Assembly (NCBI GenBank): GCA_051362555.1
Contig: CM120647.1
Coordinates: 14,484,651-14,548,650, forward strand
DNA: 64,000 bases
Source: Lingula anatina
Taxonomy: Eukaryota; Animalia; Brachiopoda
Direction of reading: 5' to 3'
Below are positions 27,475 through 35,616 of the stretch, in pieces (positions within the stretch are counted from its first letter, which is position 1; the number at the start of each line of letters is the position of its first letter). The notes under the pieces were generated by a model, which saw only the letters and a program-made list of their open reading frames with translations, did not search any database and was not told the origin of the DNA. The position numbers and the translations under genes were made by a program.

Positions 27475-28987
27475 CATCCCTGGGGCCCTTCTAAATATGT
27501 CCTCATATTTATCATTAAATTACAAGTACTCTAGGTTTTATACACACCAACTACATGTACACATTATTTATTTGTTTTGACTATGTACAAGTAAATTTAC
27601 ATTAAACACAAGCAATAATTATAAAGACATGATATGACATGGTATTTTCTCACTTCAAATTGAAATAAATATTAATAACTATATTTCTCTATCAGTATGA
27701 CAACACATTTATGTTTACACAAAAGATAATTCTAAACAGCTACATTCTATTTGATTTTACATTTTTCCTTTATGTAAGTACAGTTCTTTTGGTAAAGTGG
27801 GAACCTTATTTGTCCAGCTACTACCATTAATACTCATAGGGTGCACAGTAATAATATCAATGAACTCGTTTTTTTGTTTCCATGTATGTTTTAGTTTTAC
27901 TATTTGTTGAGACGTATTTCTCTAGCAATATCCATTAGGGCTTTATGATCGATGCATCATGTGCATTACTCTTTTAAACTTGTTGGACTGATCCCTGTCA
28001 GACCAAGACTCTGGAAGACTTTCTAACATCTTTACTTTGATCATCCATTAAAAGCATCCACAATTAAGTGCGATGACAAAGTAGGAAGGTACAGACATTG
28101 TGTTTATGGTAAATGTAAGACTTAAGCCACGTTGGCAAAAACTGACAAATCACGTAAAGACTAAGAAGGTCAAGGAAAAGCAAAAGTTGGTGCTATAAGT
28201 ACAAAAATAAACTGAACTTTTTGTATTATGCACAAATGAGAATTGGGGGGTTTGCTGAAAGGTATGACCATAAAAATAAACATTAGAAAACAACAATATT
28301 TACTATGAACTGTTTCTTTATTCAAAGTGCTGGCATACAATGTATACAGTTGTAGGGGTTTTTTTTTGTTATTATTTCACTTTTGAAGCTTTTGATTTGC
28401 ATTTTATGACGGGAATATATTTTTCCTGCCTGTTTTTTTTTTATTTAGCATTTGCTTCCTCCATATTTCTTCCAGTTATGGTAATTCATTCAATTTGTTC
28501 CTTGGTGCTGATACTGATATTTTACGTTTGTGATTTTCTAAAATAACTTCATTCATCCAATGCACTGTGTAGCTTTCACAGACATTAACGTCATATTTTG
28601 TGTTGCTTACCAGCAGGCTGTGTACAACAGTATTTGTTAAATTTTACTATGTGTTGTTATTGGATGGACTATTTCCCAACTTCACAACTACTTACTTTGG
28701 TACCCAAGAAATTAAAGATGGAAGGATAGATTGTGCACAGCCTAATACAATACAGAAAGTGCCTGCACCTCTGATTGCATTCAGCAAAAGATGTAAAGAA
28801 GAGGGTATAGATGGTACCTTAGTTTGTTGTTGTTAGGTTAGGTTCTAGTCTTGAAGTTTGCACAAGTGCGCATCTTGTGCATTTTTGCATTGCCCTTTTT
28901 AGTTTTTTTATTATTATTTTGCTGTATCTTCAAACACTATGCACATCTAATTCAACACTTTTTATGTCATTTCTCTGTAACCACATT

Positions 28988-31900
28988 TTAATTCTGATAT
29001 CTTACTATTGGTGGTCTTTTTCTTTTCCTTCCCGCATGGGTTTTTGTGCTATGGAATTCTTTCTTGAATCTTTCTGGTATGTCATCAGCCAGTACACCTT
29101 TCACAATTGATTTTTCATTTGCAAACTTCACATTATACTGATACTGTTTATATTTGGCATTCCATGAGCATTTGATAAGCTTTTCTATTTGTCGGACTGG
29201 GTCATCCTCTTCTTCATTCACCAAACCTTGCTGTCTTGATGTAACAGGCATGGTTGTTTGACGTTGCCAATTAGGTCTATTTTGTTGAGGGATGATAGGT
29301 TCATGGTACTGTCTCAGGTTATTTGCATGGACAGGGCTTCTGTGCATTTCATTATTCTCACATTTTCTGATTCTGTATGTGACAGGCCCTACTTTTTGAT
29401 GTATTCGATATGGTCCTTGCCACTTTTTGTGAAGCTTGGAACTGAGACCCGGGGGAGGCTTTGGTACATGGAGGAGAACTTCATCACCTACTTGAAATGT
29501 TGGGTTTTTAGCTTTCTTATCGTAGTGCTTTTTGTTTGCTGTACTTGCCATTTCTTTGTTTTTCTTTGCTTGATCTCTACCCCATTCTAGTGTTTCTAGG
29601 TGGTCTTGCACGTATTCTCTGATAGAGTTTGGGAGCTTATCTTTCGGCGCCATTTTCACATCAAAAGGTGTTCTCATCTCTCTGCCATGCAATAGAAAGT
29701 ATGGTGAAAAGCCTGTCGCTATTCCTGGTGTTTTTCGATATGCCATGAGAATTGCAGGGAGTACCATTGGCCAGTTTGTTTGTTTCTTATCAGCATAAGA
29801 TCGAAGAGCTTGGCCAATAAAACCATTTGTCCTTTCACAAACAGCATTTGTTTGAGGGTGATAACTGCTTGTGAATACCTGTTTAACTTGAAAAAGATCA
29901 CAAATCGCCTGAACCAATCTTGACCGAAAGTTTTGACCTCTGTCTGAAATTAAAGACCTTGGAGCACCATATCGAGTGAATACCTGACTGTAAAGGACTT
30001 CGGCAACCTCTTTTGCAGATTGAGTGCGCAATGGAAAGGCTTCTGGATATTTGGAAAAAGATTCTACTGCAAGAAGGATGTACTGATATCCTTCTTCTGT
30101 TTTGGGGAGAGGCCCTAAGATGTCAATGTGCCATCTTTCCATTACTTCTGTTACAGGTAGAGGTTGCAGTGGTGCAGGGTGTGCGTGATATTGTCTCTTT
30201 GACTTCTGACAGGTGTCACATGATTGTATATACTGCTGTATGTCTTTGTACATACATGGCCAATAGTATTTTAGACGAACAGCACTATGAGTTCTGTTAA
30301 AACCCTGATGTGCTCCACCTGATGGCGAGTTGTGATAGGCTTGTAAAAGCTCATTGCGATATTCTGGTGGCACTACTAGAAGGTGCCTTGTTCTGTTTCC
30401 ACCTTTTCTTCTTTCTGCTCTGTCTTGATGAATGAAATGTAGTGTTCCTCCTTCGTCCAGAAAATAGTTCATTTTGTTTTTACTTTGATTATCACTTCTA
30501 GGGTACTCTGTTGATTTGACATCCTCTATAATTTTTCTTATCTCTGGGCAGTTACGCTGTGCCTGTCTGAGTTTGTCACCAACCTGTGCTGCAACTAGGG
30601 GAACATCATACTGATAAATAAATGTTGTTTCTTTCGTCTTTCGGAGATCATTACTTGTTTCTGCAACTGCTATGTCTGCTTCATGAAATTTGTCTTCGAT
30701 GTCCTCTTCATTGATGTTTTCCTGATACTCTTGCCTTGAGAGACAGTCTGTTGGATTTGTTTTTCCCTTGGTGTACTCAATCTTGAAATCATAGGGTTGA
30801 AGGTAAAGACTCCATCTTTTTAGTTTTTCATTTGATGACTTTTTGCTGTTTAACCATGTTAGAGGTTGATGATCTGTATAGACTGTAAATTTGTGGTTTG
30901 ATAAAAAATGGCTGTATGCTTTTATTCCTTCTATCAAGGCTAGGCATTCTAGTTCTGAGGGACAGTAGGAACTTTCTTTTTCTTTCCTCGTGAGAGCACG
31001 GCCTCCATAAGAAATGGCATGTTCTTTGTTGTTTTCATCCTTTTGACTTAGCATATAGCCGATTGCTGTTTTTGAAGCATCAGTGGTTAATATAAATGAC
31101 TTTGACAAGTCAGGAAATGCAAGGATTGGAGTAGACATGAGCGCTTGTTTTAGAAACTGAAATGCAACTTCACATTCATTTGTCCACTGGAAACGTTTGC
31201 CTTTGTGGGTTAATGCATGGAGAGGTGCTGCTAATTTGGAATAATTTTTAACAAATTTTCTGTAGTAATTTGTAAGACCTAAAAAACTGCGAACTTGAGT
31301 GGCTGTTTTAGGGGTTGAAAATGATTTGACTGCTTGAATTTTCTGTTGATCTACTTCTATGCCCTCCTTTGATAGAACATGGCCCAAAAAGTGTATTTTC
31401 TTGCAGGCAAATTTGCATTTTGTTGGTTTTAGGGTCAAATTTGCAGTCTGAAGCTTTTTGAATATAAGCTCTAAATGGTGAAGGTGTTCAGTAAATGTTT
31501 TGCTATATACCAGGATGTCGTCGATGTAGACTAAAGCAATTTTCCAGTTTAGATCTTGTAACACTTGGGACATAATTTGTTGATAGGTAGTACCGGCGTT
31601 CCGAAGCCCAAACGGCATGCGTTTAAATTGAAATTGACCGTGGTGTGTGACAAACGATGTTTTCTCCTTAGTTTCCGGATCGAGTGGTATTTGCCAGTAG
31701 CCTGAGGCCATATCAAGAGAGGAATAGAATTTTGCTTGAGCTTCTCCAACTGTCTCGTGAATATCTTCCATACGGGGTAGTGGCCAATTTATAGGGTGTG
31801 TGACATTGTTCAACTTTCTGTAATCCACAGCAAACCTGTATGTACCGTCCTTCTTCTGAACTAAAACTACTGGTGCAGCCCACTGTGATGTTGATGGCTC

Positions 31901-33145
31901 TATGATATCATTTTCAAGCATGAGTTTTGTTTGCTTAACCGTCTCATCTCTCTTGTCTTGAGTTTGTCGGTAGAACCTTTGGCGTTGTGGAAGTGCATCA
32001 CCTGTTATGATTTTGTGCGGATGTATATTGACTGCTTTACCTAGCTCAGAGAGGTCTGTTGCAAAGACAGAGCGATATTCACCTATCAGGGCTAAAAGCT
32101 GTTGCTTCTGGTAGTCATCTAAATCTGCTTCTTCTAAGTTGATTCCCATGCTTTCTGCTATTTTTACTTTCCCTTCATCCATGTGCCTATTTTGTTGAGT
32201 TTGGTGGTTTTTACCCATTTCTGTTCCCATGAAGTCTGCTACATTAACCAGTATTTTATCCAACCTTTCTATTTCTGCCTTTTCATCAGCTTTGGCATTC
32301 TTTCCAGTACTTTTTAACGAACTATGATTTTCTGTGAGTTTTGATTTTGAGTTAGCTAGAGTCTTTTCTTCTAACTCTCTGTCTAGCTTTTCTGTTTCCT
32401 CAAAATTCAAAATGTTATCATTTTCTATTGTGAACCCCTTTGCTAGTACAGTATTACCTGAAATTTTCATTGTCGTATTTGTTGGGTTGTAAACTGAGCA
32501 TTTGACTTTACCATCATCCATTGTGGAGATGCATCTTGATATAAAATACTTGTTCCCTACAGGTTCCAGTAATACTGACTGACACTTCACCTGCTTATGT
32601 CTGGACATTTTGAGGTTTATTGTTGTTATGGTTCTAGGAGGTATAGTGACATCAGAAATGGTTCTAGCCAGACCAAAGTGGTTTGGCTGGTGAGTGTGGA
32701 CAGAAGATTTCCCTTTGAAGATTAAAAGATTTGAGTCTAAGTCTAAAACGGCAGAGTTGGCACTTAAGAAATCAACACCTAGGATAATATTTCTTGGCAA
32801 TGTTTCAAAAATGTGAAACGTGTGATTGAAACTTTGACCATCTATTGAGAGAGAAAGAGTGACTGAGCCCAGTATCCTATATTTTTCTCCGCCCACACCA
32901 CTGATAACCCTTAAGGTAGAGGGTTGATACACTTTAAGCTCAGGGAGGAATTTGGATAGAAAATGTTTTGAGACAACAGAAACAGATGCACCAGTATCTA
33001 CAAGAGCCAATGTTTGGACTTTGTTAATTACCACCTGCACCAAATTGTGATGCAATGGATTTGCTTTTAATAAGGCTGATATATTTAAATTTTTTTCCGA
33101 AATAAATTTTGAGTTCACTGATTGTTTACTACTGTGCGCGTACCC
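28988..33145 (-). CDS. pol: Gypsy Pol polyprotein (aspartic protease, RT, RNase H, integrase, chromo-like C-terminus)
   Basis: Uninterrupted ORF starting directly after the gag stop. Motifs: LVDTGAS (protease), MPFGLRNA and YIDD (RT), LTTDAS..ELE..YTDH..DCLSR (RNase H), H..GGAH..C..C zinc finger, HIDI/SDRG/CER (DDE integrase), GPY motif. Confidence 0.95.
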   Translation of the reverse strand, partial: GYAHSSKQSVNSKFISEKNLNISALLKANPLHHNLVQVVINKVQTLALVDTGASVSVVSKHFLSKFLPELKVYQPSTLRVISGVGGEKYRILGSVTLSLSIDGQSFNHTFHIFETLPRNIILGVDFLSANSAVLDLDSNLLIFKGKSSVHTHQPNHFGLARTISDVTIPPRTITTINLKMSRHKQVKCQSVLLEPVGNKYFISRCISTMDDGKVKCSVYNPTNTTMKISGNTVLAKGFTIENDNILNFEETEKLDRELEEKTLANSKSKLTENHSSLKSTGKNAKADEKAEIERLDKILVNVADFMGTEMGKNHQTQQNRHMDEGKVKIAESMGINLEEADLDDYQKQQLLALIGEYRSVFATDLSELGKAVNIHPHKIITGDALPQRQRFYRQTQDKRDETVKQTKLMLENDIIEPSTSQWAAPVVLVQKKDGTYRFAVDYRKLNNVTHPINWPLPRMEDIHETVGEAQAKFYSSLDMASGYWQIPLDPETKEKTSFVTHHGQFQFKRMPFGLRNAGTTYQQIMSQVLQDLNWKIALVYIDDILVYSKTFTEHLHHLELIFKKLQTANLTLKPTKCKFACKKIHFLGHVLSKEGIEVDQQKIQAVKSFSTPKTATQVRSFLGLTNYYRKFVKNYSKLAAPLHALTHKGKRFQWTNECEVAFQFLKQALMSTPILAFPDLSKSFILTTDASKTAIGYMLSQKDENNKEHAISYGGRALTRKEKESSYCPSELECLALIEGIKAYSHFLSNHKFTVYTDHQPLTWLNSKKSSNEKLKRWSLYLQPYDFKIEYTKGKTNPTDCLSRQEYQENINEEDIEDKFHEADIAVAETSNDLRKTKETTFIYQYDVPLVAAQVGDKLRQAQRNCPEIRKIIEDVKSTEYPRSDNQSKNKMNYFLDEGGTLHFIHQDRAERRKGGNRTRHLLVVPPEYRNELLQAYHNSPSGGAHQGFNRTHSAVRLKYYWPCMYKDIQQYIQSCDTCQKSKRQYHAHPAPLQPLPVTEVMERWHIDILGPLPKTEEGYQYILLAVESFSKYPEAFPLRTQSAKEVAEVLYSQVFTRYGAPRSLISDRGQNFRSRLVQAICDLFQVKQVFTSSYHPQTNAVCERTNGFIGQALRSYADKKQTNWPMVLPAILMAYRKTPGIATGFSPYFLLHGREMRTPFDVKMAPKDKLPNSIREYVQDHLETLEWGRDQAKKNKEMASTANKKHYDKKAKNPTFQVGDEVLLHVPKPPPGLSSKLHKKWQGPYRIHQKVGPVTYRIRKCENNEMHRSPVHANNLRQYHEPIIPQQNRPNWQRQTTMPVTSRQQGLVNEEEDDPVRQIEKLIKCSWNAKYKQYQYNVKFANEKSIVKGVLADDIPERFKKEFHSTKTHAGRKRKRPPIVRYQN

Positions 33146-34228
33146 CTATTGTACTTTGCTTTTACACACAACTTGTAAATGATTGAATTTGCCACATTTG
33201 TGACATTGTCTACCTATTGCTGGACACTTATGTTTAGTTGGTTCCCACTTACCACAATTTTCACACTGGTTCAGTTTGTGTTTCGTTGGTGCTTTGTCTC
33301 TTTGTTGACGGCTGTATGGCATGCAGGGCTGTTTCCTATACCGCTGTCGTCCACGATGCTGGTACTCATGCTGAGGTGCAGAATGGAACTGTTGAACACT
33401 TGGGTCTATAAACTGTTGGGCTGGATCCCTGAACTGTTGGGTTGGGTCCGTGAACTGCTGGGCTGGATTCCAGAACTGTTGGATTGGGTTCGTGAACTGC
33501 TGGGCTGAGTATATAAACTTTGGGGCTGGGTTTATGTAGTGCTCAGTTGGGTACAGCTGAATTGTTTGATGAGACCGCTGGACTGGGTGGTAGGGAATGG
33601 TTCCCATTGTTGTTTCTTTGCCCACTGGGTTTTCATACGAGTTTGTGGCCATTAGAGATGCTTCTACTAGTGCAGCTGCCTCTTCAAGTGCCTGTAGTGA
33701 GTTGGGCTGTTTCTGCATAACAAATGTTCTGATTTCCGGTAGTAAGGTATTCACTACAGCAGATATAGTTTCTATTTCTGTCATATTGGCTTGTGTGGCT
33801 AAAGTTCTTTTCCTGGTAATAAAGTCCAAGACTTTTTCATGTGGTTCTTGCTTTATTCTAAATACTGTTGAATGTTTGTCATAAGCAAAAGGGTGTGACG
33901 AGAATCTTGTCAGGAATGCTTTTTCTAAATCCTGATAATTGTTTTGAATATCATGTAACAATTGTTCATACCATTCTTCTGCTATTCCTTGTAAAAACAG
34001 TGGGAAGTGGTTGAGTTTTGTTTGCTCATCCCATAGCCTTGCTTTGCAGAATCTGTTGTACCGTGTTATCCACCTCGCTGGATCTTCTTTTCCTGTAAAA
34101 TGTTGTATGCTCACTCCTTGTGGTATTGCTGGCACCCTCATGCTGTTTTGTTGGTCATTTAACCTTTGGAGGTTGTGTACTTGGGGATCAGCTTCTGGTT
34201 GAGGTCCTTCTCTAGCTGAGTGTTCCAT
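33146..34228 (-). CDS. gag: Gypsy Gag (capsid-like domain, QQF repeats, zinc knuckles)
   Basis: 360-aa ORF with FTGKEDPARWITRY...LFLQGIAEEWY capsid-like segment and C-terminal CHKCGKFNHLQVVC (CX2CX4HX4C), preceded by a degenerate knuckle. Confidence 0.92.
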   Translation of the reverse strand: MEHSAREGPQPEADPQVHNLQRLNDQQNSMRVPAIPQGVSIQHFTGKEDPARWITRYNRFCKARLWDEQTKLNHFPLFLQGIAEEWYEQLLHDIQNNYQDLEKAFLTRFSSHPFAYDKHSTVFRIKQEPHEKVLDFITRKRTLATQANMTEIETISAVVNTLLPEIRTFVMQKQPNSLQALEEAAALVEASLMATNSYENPVGKETTMGTIPYHPVQRSHQTIQLYPTEHYINPAPKFIYSAQQFTNPIQQFWNPAQQFTDPTQQFRDPAQQFIDPSVQQFHSAPQHEYQHRGRQRYRKQPCMPYSRQQRDKAPTKHKLNQCENCGKWEPTKHKCPAIGRQCHKCGKFNHLQVVCKSKVQ

Positions 34229-34326
34229 TTTTGTTGGTACTTGTAATTCTGAATGCTGGGGTATCTAGCTGTTGCTGTAGATTTTCATTCGCTTGGCATT
34301 TTAGTGAGAGGAACTTGGGGATAGCA

Positions 34327-34339
34327 GGTATCTCCACCA
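34327..34339 (-). other. Primer binding site, tRNA-Ala-like
   Basis: TGGTGGAGATACC lies 2-3 nt after the 5' LTR and is complementary to a tRNA 3' end ...GGUAUCUCCACCA, as in eukaryotic tRNA-Ala acceptor stems. Confidence 0.7.
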
Positions 34340-34341
34340 CC

Positions 34342-34933
34342 TAACATAACGTCATGTTTTGCTTTCTAGAGATCAGAGTATAGTATTCTCTCTGCGAGTA
34401 CTGACTACTGACTTCTACCTTTATTTCTGTTTATATACCTTCACATATATAATTACATTACATTGGCTTCCCAGCCAGGTGGGTTGCCAGAGTGGTCACT
34501 TTAATTCAATTACACATGTGACAGAGAAGACTTCCAGACTGAGTCCTAAATGGCTTCTACTAGTGGACAATAGGTTGATAACTTAAACTGATTGATCAAG
34601 GTGAATAATATAGTTACAAGGCAGAGGACCATTCCTAAATACATTTGAGGTGAATGTATTTGTTAATCAAAGACATTGCTTCTTGTTTAATTGAGTTACC
34701 TAGTGTGACTCTAAACAGACTTATTTAAACATGACCTGTAAACTGATTATGTAAGTACACATCCTGAAAACATTTAACCCGCACATCTATATAATTAATG
34801 TTATATAACAACCTAATAAACTTCTAGAAATTAGATTGAACTAAATGGAGTTGATCATATTTATAGTTGCTATTTCAATGAAAAGTTGAGAAAACTGAAA
34901 ATTCACTTAAGGCATTAAATTACAAGTATGACA
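34342..34933 (-). repeat. 5' LTR
   Basis: Copy of 26883-27474. It carries TATATAAA (34437-34430) and AATAAA (34425-34420) on the minus strand. Confidence 0.95.
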
Positions 34934-35616
34934 GTTCTGTAGCCGACTAACCAGATTGTATTCAGAGTGTTTTTATGACAAGTTTCACAAGCATGTAGTC
35001 CATTAAACGATAGAATTAAACCCGTACTCATAACGTTTTCTTCGTTTGTGTTTTGGAGGGGCTTTATAACTTAAACGTTTGAACAGGCAGTTTATAGGTC
35101 ATATGCAGTCAACGATCTCCTTGACGGCACTAAATCATCGTTCAGAGCAAAAACACAGAAGGCTTTACCTCTTTATTACAAATTAGATATCGAGAATGGC
35201 AATAAATTCTTGTAGATATACATGAGCGATAGCGCTATTTCTTGGCAAACAGAGTATCTTGCTCTAATGATGTAATAGAAAAAATATTATTTTTTATGGT
35301 CTTCATGGGAAATTTGCCGGTGTGAAAAATCTACGCAGTGCTATGGCAAATAATTTGTGCCTCTTAAAATCTCGTTCTGTTGGACGGCGACCTGAGAATG
35401 ATGTCCTTCCCAACCGATAGAGAGACCGAATGAATGAAAGTTGTGGACTATGTCATCGTTTGCACATTGTAGAAATATTCCAGTAATTTAATTCTTGAAG
35501 TAAAAATCTTTATGAGTTTAATTGTTTGTACATTTATGTATTTAATTTTAGGTTAGCCATAGAATAATTACCAAAGATATCAGTACTTGTCCTCGGTATA
35601 GGAGGAATTCATAAAA

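Larger units (their letters stand above)
26883..34933 (-). mobile_element. Full-length Ty3/Gypsy LTR retrotransposon (~8.05 kb), intact and very recent
   Basis: Two ~592-bp direct repeats with no difference visible by eye; GTTC(T) duplicated on both flanks (26879 and 34934); PBS; gag; pol with domain order PR-RT-RNaseH-IN. Confidence 0.97.

Noticed and set aside
28600-28836. Antisense 78-aa ORF in the retroelement 3' region as an env or accessory gene
   Set aside because: Short, non-ATG start, opposite strand, and no signal peptide, furin site or TM architecture of env.
34327-34339. tRNA gene fragment
   Set aside because: It is only a 13-nt match to a tRNA 3' end including CCA, explained as the PBS. 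No cloverleaf or A/B boxes were seen, and no tRNA or rRNA genes were recognised in the window.
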